Notes: generated by a model not told the origin, from the sequence alone. Counted from the first letter of the stretch, positions 1-10,936 are shown. The stretch is DNA of 63,445 nucleotides from an uncultured Bacteroidales bacterium (GCA_964652315.1 CAZZBU010000006.1:1-63445), one strand, 5' to 3'. Program-made: numbers and translations.

Positions 1-87
1 GGGTGCTTTCAAACCTAAGTATTACCTAATTAAATAAACCTATACCTATATGTAAGAGAAGGGTATACTTTATTTATGAAAAAAGTA
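1..87 (-). ncRNA. Candidate sigma54-dependent sRNA with four UAGGU repeats (3' end outside the window)
   Basis: ACCTA on the plus strand at 13-17, 24-28, 38-42 and 44-48. No usable ORF in the window. Ends in GAAAGCACCC, possibly the first arm of a terminator. Confidence 0.4.
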
Positions 88-95
88 ACATTTTA

Positions 96-116
96 AATAC
101 ATATCCCGTGCCAAAA
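96..116 (-). promoter_or_regulatory. Candidate sigma54 (-24/-12) promoter firing leftwards
   Basis: Minus strand reads TTGGCACGGGATATGTAT: TGGCACG, then GT at the exact -13/-12 spacing (GG at 112/111, GT at 100/99). The canonical -12 is GC, so this is a variant. Predicted TSS about 87. Confidence 0.6.
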
Positions 117-200
117 AATGTAAAAACATAAATAACAGCTTATTACTATAATTTTGCATAACCGCCACTGAAAAAAAATGTCCGGTAACAATACACACCC

Positions 201-216
201 TGTTCGTTTTCGAACA
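201..216. promoter_or_regulatory. Palindromic TGT-N10-ACA enhancer-like site
   Basis: TGTTCG-TTTT-CGAACA is a perfect inverted repeat about 90-105 nt upstream of the -24 element, a typical position for a sigma54 activator site. Confidence 0.55.
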
Positions 217-320
217 CTTTTGGGTAAAAATGAACATATACTAACAAAAAATTGATTTTATCTTAAGGTTACTTCGTAATACATATTCGAAAAAAATTGT
301 TTTACCTCAACGGATAATCT

Positions 321-328
321 TATTTTTG
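321..328 (+). promoter_or_regulatory. Bacteroidota sigmaA -7 element upstream of gpsA
   Basis: TATTTTTG matches TAnnTTTG; TTG at 297-299 lies about 21 nt upstream. Confidence 0.45.
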
Positions 329-355
329 TATTCCTTTAGAACGAACAAACACATA

Positions 356-1354
356 ATGATTGATAATAATTCAAGAATTGCAGTAATAGGTGGTGGAAGC
401 TGGGGCACAGCATTATCAAAAATAATCCTACAATCTGCTGACCATCTAAACTGGTATCTCAGAGACGTTGAGCAAATTGAATACCTTAAAAAACACCGCC
501 ACAACCGCCGGTACTTGAGCTCTGTAGCATTTGATCCTGCCCGCATTTCTTTTTATTCTGATCTACAAAAAGTCATTTCCGACTCAGATATTCTGGTATT
601 TGCCATACCAGCCCCCTTTTTAAAAGAATCATTACAGGATGTTAGTATTGAATACGAAAATAAATTCATCGTATCAGCCATCAAAGGAATTGTTCCTGAC
701 GAAAATCTTACGGTTACCGAATTTTTTAATGCAATATATAATGTGCCTTATGATAATCTGGGAATCATTTCAGGCCCCTGTCATGCTGAGGAAGTAGCAC
801 TTGAACGTCTTTCATACCTCACTATCGCAGCAAAAAAGCTTGAGGTGGCAGAGGTTATTGCCTCAAAGCTATCGTGCCACTACATAAAAACCAATGTAAT
901 TAAAGACATTTATGGAACAGAATATGCTGCTATTTTGAAAAACATTGTTGCTGTTGCAGCCGGAATCTGTCATGGCATTGGATATGGCGATAATTTCCAG
1001 GCAGTACTTGTATCAAATGCCATCAGGGAGATTAAAAGATTCCTGGACAAAACCTATAGCAATAAGCGTAAAATAAGCAGTTCGCCCTATCTTGGTGATT
1101 TACTGGTAACCACCTACTCACAATTTAGCCGCAACCGGTTATTTGGTAACATGATTGGTAAAGGTTATTCTGTAAAATCAGCGCATCTTGAAATGAACAT
1201 GGTTGCAGAAGGATATTATGCCGTGAAGTGCATTCATGAGATTAACAAAAAGCATGGGGTGAAAATGCCGATTACAACTGCAGTTTACAATATTCTATAT
1301 GAGAAGATATCTCCTGTCATTGAAATCCGTTTATTAGCTGAAAATTTAAAATAA
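356..1354 (+). CDS. gpsA: NAD(P)H-dependent glycerol-3-phosphate dehydrogenase
   Basis: GGGSWGTAL nucleotide-binding motif, [30 protein letters not shown] at 356 preferred over TTG at 326. Confidence 0.95.
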   Translation: MIDNNSRIAVIGGGSWGTALSKIILQSADHLNWYLRDVEQIEYLKKHRHNRRYLSSVAFDPARISFYSDLQKVISDSDILVFAIPAPFLKESLQDVSIEYENKFIVSAIKGIVPDENLTVTEFFNAIYNVPYDNLGIISGPCHAEEVALERLSYLTIAAKKLEVAEVIASKLSCHYIKTNVIKDIYGTEYAAILKNIVAVAAGICHGIGYGDNFQAVLVSNAIREIKRFLDKTYSNKRKISSSPYLGDLLVTTYSQFSRNRLFGNMIGKGYSVKSAHLEMNMVAEGYYAVKCIHEINKKHGVKMPITTAVYNILYEKISPVIEIRLLAENLK

Positions 1355-1379
1355 TAATAACTCTTTAAACAGAACTACT

Positions 1380-2729
1380 ATGAAAAATGTAGCACTTGAT
1401 ATTTCGAAAGTGTATGATTTTGTCAGTAAAGATAAGGTTTATGCTTATGCTAATGATGTTACCAGATATCAGGAAGCCCTTGAATCAAAGACTGGAAAAG
1501 GCAGTGATTTTTTGGGTTGGTTGCACCTTCCATCCTCGATCTCAGATCAAATAATCACTGATATTGAAACAACCGCTAAATCACTTCAGGAGAAAGTAGA
1601 TGTTGTTGTAGTTATAGGCATTGGTGGTTCGTATCTTGGTGCCAAGTCGGTTATTGAAGCTATGTCGCATAGCTTTTCGCATTTGATACCACCCAACGGT
1701 ACCCCTCATGTATTTTTTGCCGGACAAAATATTGGAGAAGACTATTTGGCTGAAATGCTTGAGGTATTGGGAAATAAAAAATATGGCATTATCGTTATCT
1801 CAAAATCAGGTACTACTACTGAACCTGCTATTGCATTTCGCATTCTTAAGGATCATCTCGAAAGTAAAGTTGGCCCCGAAACTGCTAAAGAATTAATCGT
1901 GGCCATAACTGATGCCAATAAAGGAGCCTTACGGACCCTGGCTGATCAGAAAGGGTATAAAACTTTCTCAATTCCTGATGATGTGGGCGGGCGGTTTTCA
2001 GTGCTTACCCCAGTAGGTTTATTGCCAATAGCTGTGTCCGGATTTAGCATTCGGAAGTTCATCAACGGAGCAGTCTCCATGGAAAAGATAACCGGCAAAA
2101 ACACCCCCTTTGAAGAAAATCCGGCTGCACTATACGCTGCCGCCAGAAATGCATTATACGAAACCGGAAAAAAAATTGAAATCCTTGCCAACTATAATCC
2201 AAAGCTTTCATACATTGCCGAATGGTGGAAACAACTATACGGCGAAAGCGAAGGTAAGGAAGGTAAAGGCATTTATCCGGCAAGCGTTAATCTTACGGCT
2301 GATCTACATTCCATGGGACAGTATATTCAGGAAGGTGAACGCCTGCTCATGGAGACAGTCATTTCTGTTGAAAATCCTGATAAGGAGTTACATGTGCCCT
2401 CGGATGAAGATAACCTGGACAAGCTCAATTATCTCGCAGGTAAAAACATTGACTATGTAAATAAAATGGCCGAGCTTGGTACCATGCTGGCCCATGTGGA
2501 TGGTGGAGTACCAAATATTAAGATAAGCATGCCGGAAATTAATGAATTCTACATTGGGCAGTTGATTTACTTCTTTGAACGGGCATGTGCCATAAGTGGG
2601 TATATTCTGGGAGTTAACCCCTTTGATCAGCCTGGTGTAGAAGCTTATAAGAAAAATATGTTTGCCTTGCTGGAAAAACCAGGATTTGAAGACGAAACAA
2701 AAAAAATCAAAAATAAGCTAAACGCTTAA
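1380..2729 (+). CDS. pgi: Glucose-6-phosphate isomerase
   Basis: [35 protein letters not shown] and [12 protein letters not shown] motifs. Confidence 0.97.
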   Translation: MKNVALDISKVYDFVSKDKVYAYANDVTRYQEALESKTGKGSDFLGWLHLPSSISDQIITDIETTAKSLQEKVDVVVVIGIGGSYLGAKSVIEAMSHSFSHLIPPNGTPHVFFAGQNIGEDYLAEMLEVLGNKKYGIIVISKSGTTTEPAIAFRILKDHLESKVGPETAKELIVAITDANKGALRTLADQKGYKTFSIPDDVGGRFSVLTPVGLLPIAVSGFSIRKFINGAVSMEKITGKNTPFEENPAALYAAARNALYETGKKIEILANYNPKLSYIAEWWKQLYGESEGKEGKGIYPASVNLTADLHSMGQYIQEGERLLMETVISVENPDKELHVPSDEDNLDKLNYLAGKNIDYVNKMAELGTMLAHVDGGVPNIKISMPEINEFYIGQLIYFFERACAISGYILGVNPFDQPGVEAYKKNMFALLEKPGFEDETKKIKNKLNA

Positions 2730-2755
2730 AAAGAAACATTCTTTATCACTTTTTT

Positions 2756-2804
2756 AAAGGTTATCGGCTGGAATGAACCATTCATTCAGGGATAACCTTT
2801 TTTT
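2756..2804 (+). terminator. Intrinsic terminator after pgi
   Basis: AAAGGTTATC...GATAACCTTT outer stem, GAATGAA/TTCATTC inner stem, then a T-tract. Confidence 0.8.
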
Positions 2805-3011
2805 GTCAAAATTTAGCATGATTGTGCTACAGAACAGATTATTTTTTAAAACAAAAAAGATTAAATTCAGTTATTTAATAAAGGAGCCGTTGTTCCACCA
2901 TTTTGGAACTAAAAACAGTCGCATACAAAATTGTGAATTATCTTACCAATAACACCAATTTGGTATTGATTTAAGGCTCGATAAAACAAAATGTCAATGA
3001 TTTATAATATT

Positions 3012-3027
3012 CGGCATGGAATTTGAT
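3012..3027 (+). promoter_or_regulatory. Possible sigma54-type promoter for acpH
   Basis: CGGCATG-GAAT-TTGA has correct -24/-12 spacing; GTTCCA-N6-TGGAAC inverted repeat at 2892-2909 upstream. Confidence 0.35.
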
Positions 3028-3049
3028 TAATTACAATAAAAACACAACA

Positions 3050-3685
3050 ATGAATTTTTTGGCCCATACATATCTTTCAGGAAACTCGGATGAAATTTTA
3101 GTTGGAAATTTCATCGGTGATTTTGTTAAGGGCCGTCATTTTAATAATTTTTCAAAAAACATACAGAAGGGCATTGTATTGCACCGCAATATAGATAAAT
3201 ACACAGACACCCATCCTACCGTTAAAGAAACAAAATCGTTGTTTGCCCCAACTTATGCAAAATATGCGGGCATTGTGGTTGATATTATTTACGATCATTT
3301 TTTGGCCTTATTCTGGGAAGATTATATCATGATATCCCTGGAGGAATATATTAAATCAGTTCATTCACGCCTGGCTGCTTATTATCACACATTTCCTGAC
3401 GATGTAAAAGAGTTTTTCCCGAAATTTGTAAAAAATAACTGGATACGATCGTATGCTTCCATTGATGGCATAGAGAAAGTTCTGTTTGGCATGTCGCGAT
3501 GTACATCGCTACCGCAAAAAACCGAAAAGGCCATGGAAATTTTATCGGTCAATTATGAACGGATCGGAGAGGAATTTAATATCTTTTTTCCTGAGATTAT
3601 TAATTATGTCGAAAGTGAACACGACATAACTTTTGATAAGCCTTTTCGTCCACTAACTTCCTCTTCATATGCCATACCGGCATAA
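3050..3685 (+). CDS. acpH: ACP phosphodiesterase (DUF479/AcpH family)
   Basis: MNFLAH start, GNFIGDFVKG, HRNIDKYTD, DIIYDHFLA. Confidence 0.85.
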   Translation: MNFLAHTYLSGNSDEILVGNFIGDFVKGRHFNNFSKNIQKGIVLHRNIDKYTDTHPTVKETKSLFAPTYAKYAGIVVDIIYDHFLALFWEDYIMISLEEYIKSVHSRLAAYYHTFPDDVKEFFPKFVKNNWIRSYASIDGIEKVLFGMSRCTSLPQKTEKAMEILSVNYERIGEEFNIFFPEIINYVESEHDITFDKPFRPLTSSSYAIPA

Positions 3686-3728
3686 CAAATGAGCAGATTT
3701 GCAATTTAGAATTTGTCACAGCTATTGA

Positions 3729-5153
3729 TTAACGCATGGTGTATATTCTGCCTGCATCCAATCGCAGGAAAATAAACAACAATGCTGTAAACGACCAAAG
3801 AGAGCTTCCTCCATAGCTAAAGAAAGGTAATGGAATGCCTATAACCGGGAACAACCCGATAGTCATTCCGATATTAATAAGAATGTGAAACAGGAATATG
3901 GATAATACTCCGTAGCCAAAAACACGGTTGAAGGTTGATTTTTGTCTTTCAGCAAGGTAAATTAATCGCAGGAGAAACAACATAAACAACAATATCACCA
4001 GGGAAGTGCCCATAAATCCCCATTCTTCACCCACGGTACAGAAGATAAAGTCCGTACTTTGTTCCGGTACAAATTTATATTTTGTCTGCGTTCCCTGTAA
4101 AAACCCTTTACCACTGAACCCTCCGGAGCCAATGGCAATTTTTGACTGCCGTACATTATAACCCGCTCCTTGTGGATCTTCTTCAATCCCTAACAACACG
4201 TTAATACGCATTTGTTGATGAGGCTCCAGCACTTTGTTAAATACCACATCAACTGAATAAGTGATGCCCAATGACACCACAAATAAACCAAGAATTAAGA
4301 GCCCGTGCCTGATTTTTTTTCGAAGGGAAAGAATAAAAAAGACCAATAAAGCCAGGGCTAAAGTAATCATTAAAATTATATAGGCTGAATAGCCAGCATT
4401 TAGCTTGGTATTTAAATATTTGGCTCCAAAGAAAAATGCTGCAAAGAATAAGCCGGCAAGGATGATTTGGGTATAACGTTTGTTTGTAACTGCAAGAATC
4501 AAAACCGCTCCAACAATAAGAATCAGGGTTACGGTAAAACTATCCAGGACCAAAGCCAGAATAGACAATATGGCAAGGTAAATTCCCACAATGGGTATAA
4601 CCGGAGACATTCCTTCGCGAAAGAGGACAACTATAAAAGCAAAATAAATAAGTACCGAACCCATATCAGGCTGAAGTGCGATTAACATGGCCGGCAGTGC
4701 AATAATCACCAGCATACGGAAAAACCATTCTCTTTTATACAGCTTAAAGTTGTAAGTACTCATTAAACGGGCCAGGGCCAGTGCAGTGGCAATTTTTGCG
4801 AATTCAGACGGTTGAATCTGTACGCTGCCAAAGGAAAACCAGGATTTTGCTCCGTTAATTTCTTTGCCAATGATTAAAACCAGGATAAGGCTCAGAATGA
4901 AAAATGCGTAGATAACATAAGCAAAAAATGAATAAAACTTTTCATCAATAATTAGCATAATTACGGCAATCGCTATAGCTGCTGTAATCCAGATAAGTTG
5001 TTTACCGTAGCGCTGGCTAACATCCAGGATGCTTTGATGCTCAACGTTGTATACTGCTGCATAAATATTTAACCATCCCAGGAAAACCAATACCAAGTAA
5101 AGCCCTACGGTTAACCAGTCAATATGTGCTAATATGTTACCTCGTTTTATCAA
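3729..5153 (-). CDS. rodA: Rod shape-determining protein RodA (SEDS family)
   Basis: IQPSEFAK, QPDMGS, GYNVRQSKIAIGSGG, PEQSTDFIF, SYGGSSL; directly downstream of mrdA. Confidence 0.95.
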   Translation of the reverse strand: MIKRGNILAHIDWLTVGLYLVLVFLGWLNIYAAVYNVEHQSILDVSQRYGKQLIWITAAIAIAVIMLIIDEKFYSFFAYVIYAFFILSLILVLIIGKEINGAKSWFSFGSVQIQPSEFAKIATALALARLMSTYNFKLYKREWFFRMLVIIALPAMLIALQPDMGSVLIYFAFIVVLFREGMSPVIPIVGIYLAILSILALVLDSFTVTLILIVGAVLILAVTNKRYTQIILAGLFFAAFFFGAKYLNTKLNAGYSAYIILMITLALALLVFFILSLRKKIRHGLLILGLFVVSLGITYSVDVVFNKVLEPHQQMRINVLLGIEEDPQGAGYNVRQSKIAIGSGGFSGKGFLQGTQTKYKFVPEQSTDFIFCTVGEEWGFMGTSLVILLFMLFLLRLIYLAERQKSTFNRVFGYGVLSIFLFHILINIGMTIGLFPVIGIPLPFFSYGGSSLWSFTALLFIFLRLDAGRIYTMR

Positions 5154-6965
5154 TTAATAGTCTATTGTGGCATTTAACATTAAATTTTCAACCCATTTCC
5201 TTGACACTGTGTCGGTCAGGTATTTTTCAATCATCAGACTGGCTATGGGTGCAGCATAAGTAGAACCCCACTTGCCATGTTCAACATAAACCGCTATCGC
5301 AATCTGCGGATTTTCCCTTGGAGCAAAAGCCGAAAATACCGAATGGTCTTCTCCATGTGGATTTTCAGCAGTTCCGGTTTTACCGCAAACAACAATATCA
5401 TTAATTTTTGCAATGCGTGAAGTGCTTCCTTCCCCTCCATTAACTGCCATTTCCATTCCATCCAAAACTACCGGAAAATGCGAAGAATCAATTGTAGTAA
5501 AATGGGGGGTTGTAAACTTCCGGCTAAGCGTATCAATCCCTTCGATTTTTTTAACTACATGAGGGGTGTAATAATACCCTTTGTTTGCCAGGGCTGCAGT
5601 CATATTAGCCAGTTGAAGCGGAGTAATGCCCAACTCTCCCTGCCCGATGGCCAGCGATATGATGGTGAGGGCTTTCCAGCGGCCTTCGCCATAATATCTG
5701 TCATAATAAGAGGTATTGGGTACATAACCGCTTAATTCATTTGGGAAGTCGCTACCCAATGGTCTGCCAAAGCCAAAAGAGAGAAGGTGATCACGCCAGT
5801 TGTTGAATGCCATAGGTACTGAAGGATAATCCCGGTCTTCGATGATGTTCCGGAAAATGTGACAGAAATAGGCATTGGATGATTTTTGAATGCCGCTTAC
5901 CATATCAACATACCCGTATACATGATCCTTCACTGTTACACCTCTGGCATAATAAGCCCCATCAACATAATATGTTGCTTTCGGATTTACCACGTTTTCC
6001 TGAAGGCCTATCAGGGCATTTATCATTTTAAAAGTAGAGCCGGGCGGATATTGCGCCATTAAAGCGCGGTTGAAAATCGGCTTTAGTGTATCGCTTTGCA
6101 GTTTTCGGTAGTTCTTGGTCCGTTCCCGGCCAACCAGAAGCGAGGGGTCATAATTTGGTGCTGTTACCATGGCCAGAATCTCTCCGGTTTGAGGTTCAAT
6201 AGCCACGATGCTGCCACGGAAGTCTTCCATCAGCTTTTCACCATAAGTCTGTAAGTCGGCATCAATCGTAAGGGTGAGGTTTTTCCCAACCACTGCCGGC
6301 TCATTATACCTGCCGCCTTCATATACTCCCTGCACCCTTCCGTGTACATCCACATTATAAATTTCACGTCCTTTTTCGCCGCGAAGGTATTCTTCATAGG
6401 TTTTTTCAATACCACTGATTCCAATATAGTCGCCCATGCTGTAATAATCATTTTCCTCTATGATTTTATCATCTACTTCACCTACATATCCGATGAGGTG
6501 GGCAGCAATGTCGCTCGAGTATTTTCGTAATGTCCTTGGTTGAACATAAAAGCCCGGAAAACGGTAAAGTTTTTCCTGAAGTTCGGCATAGGTTTCAGCA
6601 GACACCTGTTTGATAAACGGTTCTCTCCGGTAGCGCGGCATAAACGAGCGTTCGATGCCGTTAACCAGAAATTCCCTGTCGATATTTAAAATGGTACAAA
6701 GTTCGGCTGTATCAAATTCCTGCAATTGATAAGGAGCAATCACTAAATCATAGGCAGCCTGATTGTATACCAGCAATTCACCATCGCGGTCAAAAAATAA
6801 GCCGCGGGCCGGAAAAAGTGTAACCACCCGCCTGGAATTGTTTTCAGCTGAAAGGCGATAGGATTCATCGATCACCTGAAGGTAAAATAACTTCAGAATG
6901 AATACCAGGGCGATCATAATTACGATTCCTGCAATAGTATATTTTCTTACCGAGAATTGCTCCAT
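5154..6965 (-). CDS. mrdA: Penicillin-binding protein 2
   Basis: PPGSTFK (SxxK), SSN (SxN) and GKTGTAE (KTG); operon context. Confidence 0.95.
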   Translation of the reverse strand: MEQFSVRKYTIAGIVIMIALVFILKLFYLQVIDESYRLSAENNSRRVVTLFPARGLFFDRDGELLVYNQAAYDLVIAPYQLQEFDTAELCTILNIDREFLVNGIERSFMPRYRREPFIKQVSAETYAELQEKLYRFPGFYVQPRTLRKYSSDIAAHLIGYVGEVDDKIIEENDYYSMGDYIGISGIEKTYEEYLRGEKGREIYNVDVHGRVQGVYEGGRYNEPAVVGKNLTLTIDADLQTYGEKLMEDFRGSIVAIEPQTGEILAMVTAPNYDPSLLVGRERTKNYRKLQSDTLKPIFNRALMAQYPPGSTFKMINALIGLQENVVNPKATYYVDGAYYARGVTVKDHVYGYVDMVSGIQKSSNAYFCHIFRNIIEDRDYPSVPMAFNNWRDHLLSFGFGRPLGSDFPNELSGYVPNTSYYDRYYGEGRWKALTIISLAIGQGELGITPLQLANMTAALANKGYYYTPHVVKKIEGIDTLSRKFTTPHFTTIDSSHFPVVLDGMEMAVNGGEGSTSRIAKINDIVVCGKTGTAENPHGEDHSVFSAFAPRENPQIAIAVYVEHGKWGSTYAAPIASLMIEKYLTDTVSRKWVENLMLNATIDY

Positions 6966-7472
6966 TTATTTTCTTGCAACGAGTAATTGACTGATGGTAA
7001 TAATTAATAACGTAAAGATTGAGCTGAAAATTACACGGCCCAGTGTATTAAAAAAGTGACTAAAACCAAATACTTCTACGTAAAACAGGATTAAATGATG
7101 CAAAAATGTCATAATTCCTGCATATTTTATAAACCAGTTTGTACCATAATCAATAATCTGGGGCTTTGTGGAGCTGGTGTATCCTTCGCGGGGTGCAAAA
7201 AGACTTAATACCAGCGGTCTGACAAAGCCGATAAAAACACAGGCAGCTGTATGCATACCCGGCGTGTGGGTGAACAAATCAATAACAATTCCAATGAAGA
7301 ATGAAAGGGACAAAAGCATCCATTTGGGTATGCTAAATGGCAACAGGATGATAAATAAAATATAAATATATGGGTTCAGGTAGCCGTTTAGCTGAATGTT
7401 GTTAAAGATAAATACCTGAATTAAAACCAGGACGATAAACCGAATAACGTTACGGGGTAGTGATTCAATCAT
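6966..7472 (-). CDS. mreD: Rod shape-determining protein MreD
   Basis: Hydrophobic 168-aa protein between mreC and mrdA; GIVIDLF motif. Confidence 0.88.
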   Translation of the reverse strand: MIESLPRNVIRFIVLVLIQVFIFNNIQLNGYLNPYIYILFIILLPFSIPKWMLLSLSFFIGIVIDLFTHTPGMHTAACVFIGFVRPLVLSLFAPREGYTSSTKPQIIDYGTNWFIKYAGIMTFLHHLILFYVEVFGFSHFFNTLGRVIFSSIFTLLIITISQLLVARK

Positions 7473-7511
7473 AGCTTTTAACCTGTCCTCTGATATAAAA
7501 ATTCTGTTTTA

Positions 7512-8339
7512 TTAACGATTTTGTGTAACTTCAAGTGCATTTTCCTGCTCTTCCTTTAACAGATTCTTAACGATATAAACATTTGATAATTGCTTGAAAT
7601 CATTTGAAAGCTTTACAATGATTTCATAAAAATTACCTCCCTTTACATTAAAACTCTCAATGGTTCCTATCCGGATGCCTTCGGGGAAGACGGAAGAAAA
7701 GCCACTTGTGACAATGGTATCATGCTCACTGATATTTACATGGTAGGGAATTTCTCTTAATAGTGCCCGTTGGTAGTCCTTCCCGTCCCAAATCAATGAT
7801 CCGAAATAATCGTTTTTCTTAATTTTGGCGCTGATTCGTGTATCCACATTCAACAGGGATATTACCGTGGAAAAGTTGGGCGAAGTGGCGGTTACAATGC
7901 CAACCAGTCCGTTTGGAGAAACTACCCCCATTTCCACTTCCACATCATGACGTTCGCCCCGGTTAAGAATCAGATAATTGTGCTGTTTATTCACACTGTT
8001 GTTGATTACCTTGGCTTCGGTGTATTTAAAATGTTGATTATACAATGAATCATCAATTTCAATAAACTCAGTCAGGCTGGTTTCGTAATTTTGTTTCAGA
8101 AGATTTTTCAACTCGCGATTTTCACGCTGGAGCGCCCGGTTTGTTTCCCTTAGGTTAAGATATTGCTTGAAAAAATTAAGATTATCATACACCCTGCCCA
8201 TGGCAGCCCGAGTGCCCGAACTAAATGTGCTGCGCTGGAACGCATTTTGGTTTACCAGCATTGAAAAGGCAATAATTTCAAAAATGATAAAGAGTATAAA
8301 AAAATGGTTCCTGATTATAAAACGGATCAGATTCCTCAT
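7512..8339 (-). CDS. mreC: Rod shape-determining protein MreC
   Basis: N-terminal TM plus coiled coil, GLVGIV, GDTIVTSG-like motif, FPEGIRIG. Confidence 0.92.
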   Translation of the reverse strand: MRNLIRFIIRNHFFILFIIFEIIAFSMLVNQNAFQRSTFSSGTRAAMGRVYDNLNFFKQYLNLRETNRALQRENRELKNLLKQNYETSLTEFIEIDDSLYNQHFKYTEAKVINNSVNKQHNYLILNRGERHDVEVEMGVVSPNGLVGIVTATSPNFSTVISLLNVDTRISAKIKKNDYFGSLIWDGKDYQRALLREIPYHVNISEHDTIVTSGFSSVFPEGIRIGTIESFNVKGGNFYEIIVKLSNDFKQLSNVYIVKNLLKEEQENALEVTQNR

Positions 8340-8359
8340 AATGCTTTATCCTCATGTTA

Positions 8360-9382
8360 TCATCGCAGCAGGAATGAAAACTTATCTGTATTCTTTAAAG
8401 CAATTCCCGTACCCCTAGCCACAGCATGTAACGGATCTTCAGCCACATGAAACGGAATGGAGATTTTATCGGTAAGGCGGGTATCAAGGCCACGCAATAA
8501 TGCACCACCACCAGCCAGATAAATACCACGGGTTACAATATCAGCATACAGCTCCGGTGGTGTTTGCTCCAGTACAGATAAAATCGCTGTTTCAATTTTT
8601 GAAAGGGATTTATCCAGGCAATGGGCTATTTCCTGGTACGAAACCGGAATTTCTGTTGGCATGGCAGTCATAAGGTTGGGGCCGCGCACGCTGAAATCAG
8701 CCGGCGATTCATCTATATCCGGTAGGGCTGACCCAACAGACAATTTAATGTCTTCTGCTGTTCGTTCACCTATTTTTATGTTATGTTGGTGCCTCATATA
8801 AGCCTGAATATCACTGGTAAAACCATCACCTGCAATACGGATGGACTGATTGCACACAATTCCACCCAGGGCAATCACAGCGATTTCTGTGGTACCACCT
8901 CCAATATCTACAACCATACTACCTTCCGGGGCTTCTACATCAATTCCAATACCAATGGCAGCAGCCATGGGTTCGTAAATCATGTATACATCACGCCCAC
9001 CAGCATGTTCGGAGGAGTCGCGTACAGCACGGATTTCAACCTCGGTACTTCCTGAAGGGATACATACCACCATTTTCAGGGATGGGGTAAACATCCGTTG
9101 CTTGGGATTGATCATTTTTATCATTCCCCGGATCATTTTCTCGGCAGCATCAAAATTGGCAATAACACCATCGCGCAGGGGGCGGATAGTCTTGATATGT
9201 TCATGCGTCTTTCCATGCATTTGCCTGGCTTTGTGACCAATGGCTATTAACTCACCTGTATGCTGATCCACAGCCACAATGGATGGCTCATCAACTACTA
9301 TCTTATCATTATGGATGATGATGGTATTGGCTGTACCCAGATCAATTGCCAGTTCTTGAGATAAAAATGAAAACAACCCCAT
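8360..9382 (-). CDS. mreB: Rod shape-determining protein MreB
   Basis: AIDLGTANT, EPMAAAIG, VDIGGGTTEIA, LAGGGALL. Confidence 0.97.
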   Translation of the reverse strand: MGLFSFLSQELAIDLGTANTIIIHNDKIVVDEPSIVAVDQHTGELIAIGHKARQMHGKTHEHIKTIRPLRDGVIANFDAAEKMIRGMIKMINPKQRMFTPSLKMVVCIPSGSTEVEIRAVRDSSEHAGGRDVYMIYEPMAAAIGIGIDVEAPEGSMVVDIGGGTTEIAVIALGGIVCNQSIRIAGDGFTSDIQAYMRHQHNIKIGERTAEDIKLSVGSALPDIDESPADFSVRGPNLMTAMPTEIPVSYQEIAHCLDKSLSKIETAILSVLEQTPPELYADIVTRGIYLAGGGALLRGLDTRLTDKISIPFHVAEDPLHAVARGTGIALKNTDKFSFLLR

Positions 9383-9409
9383 ATACTTCTTTTTCTTTCC
9401 GTTTAACTA

Positions 9410-10936
9410 TCAATGTTTAAAATGTCTGATACCTGTAGTTACCATTGCCAGTCCATGCTTATCACAATAATCGATAGACTCTTTATCGCGAATGGAACCT
9501 CCGGGCTGAATAACGGCTTTTATGCCTGCCTTGTCTGCAATTTCCACCACATCAGGGAAGGGAAAAAATGCATCGGAAGCCATAACTGCACCTTCCAAAT
9601 CAAAATCAAAAGACCGTGCCTTGTCAATAGCCTGACGGAGTGCATCCACACGCGAAGTCTGTCCAACACCGCTGGCACAGAGCTGTTTGTTTTTAGCCAG
9701 CACAATCGTATTCGATTTTGTATGTTTCACAACTTTATTAGCAAATTCAAGATCAATTATTTGTTCAGCAGTTGGAGATACCTTTGTTACGGTTTTCATG
9801 TCAGAAGGTTTCTCAATTTTTGTATCTCTGTCTTGAACAAGCACTCCGTTTAGCATTGAACGGAATTGCTGCATAGGAAATACGGTTTCTTTCTGAACTA
9901 GGATAATACGGTTTTTTTTCGTTTTTAGTATAGCCAAAGCAGAATCATTATAAGAAGGAGCAATGACCACTTCAAAAAACAGTTTATCCATCTCATTGGC
10001 AGTTTCTTCATCAATTTCACGGTTGGTTATGAGTATGCCGCCAAAAGCTGAAACAGGGTCACCTGCAAGAGCAGCTCTCCAGGCATCAACCAATACCTCG
10101 CGGCTGGCAATACCACATGCATTATTGTGCTTCATGATGGCCATGGTGGTTTCCCCGAACTCTGAAATGAGGTACACAGCAGCTTCAATATCAAGCAGGT
10201 TGTTATAGGAAATTTCTTTTCCGTGAAGCTGATCAAATACCGCTTCGAATTTTCCATAAAAAGTCCCATGCTGATGTGGGTTTTCACCGTAACGCAACAC
10301 TTTAGCCTCAAGGTTGCTTTGGCGAAAAGCTTTTATTTCATTTTCGTTGTTGAAATAATTGAAAATAGCTGTATCGTAATGCGATGAGACATTAAAAGCA
10401 TGAGCAGCAAAATATTTTCTTTGTTCAATGCTGGTCTGGCATTCCTGCTTTTCTATGATATCGGATAACTCCTTATATTGAGCCTGTGAAGGTACAATAA
10501 CCACATCGCTATAATTCTTTGCTGCTGCCCGGATCAATGAAATTCCACCGATATCAATTTTTTCAATGATGTCCTGATGTGTAGCTCCTGAACGAAGCGT
10601 ATCTTCGAAGGGATAAAGATCAACAATGATCAGGTCCAGGGAAGGAATCTCAAACTGTTGTACCTGTTCCATGTCTGTAGGATTATCGCGACGGGCCAGT
10701 ATTCCACCAAATATTTTCGGATGCAGGGTTTTTACTCTTCCTCCAAGAATAGAAGGGTACGTGGTAACATCTTCAACAGGTGTTACTTTGGCACCCAGGC
10801 TTTCGATGAAATCTTTGGTCCCTCCTGTAGAATAAATGCTGACATCATGCTGTGAGAGGGTTTCAACTATTTTTTCCAGATTGGTTTTGTGGTAAACAGA
10901 AATCAACGCAGATTTAATCTTTTTTAACTCACTCAT
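9410..10936 (-). CDS. purH: Bifunctional AICAR transformylase/IMP cyclohydrolase
   Basis: STGGT, GGRVKTLHP, IDIGGISLIRAAAKN, LRYGENPHQ, ASDAFFPF, RHFKH. Confidence 0.97.
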   Translation of the reverse strand: MSELKKIKSALISVYHKTNLEKIVETLSQHDVSIYSTGGTKDFIESLGAKVTPVEDVTTYPSILGGRVKTLHPKIFGGILARRDNPTDMEQVQQFEIPSLDLIIVDLYPFEDTLRSGATHQDIIEKIDIGGISLIRAAAKNYSDVVIVPSQAQYKELSDIIEKQECQTSIEQRKYFAAHAFNVSSHYDTAIFNYFNNENEIKAFRQSNLEAKVLRYGENPHQHGTFYGKFEAVFDQLHGKEISYNNLLDIEAAVYLISEFGETTMAIMKHNNACGIASREVLVDAWRAALAGDPVSAFGGILITNREIDEETANEMDKLFFEVVIAPSYNDSALAILKTKKNRIILVQKETVFPMQQFRSMLNGVLVQDRDTKIEKPSDMKTVTKVSPTAEQIIDLEFANKVVKHTKSNTIVLAKNKQLCASGVGQTSRVDALRQAIDKARSFDFDLEGAVMASDAFFPFPDVVEIADKAGIKAVIQPGGSIRDKESIDYCDKHGLAMVTTGIRHFKH

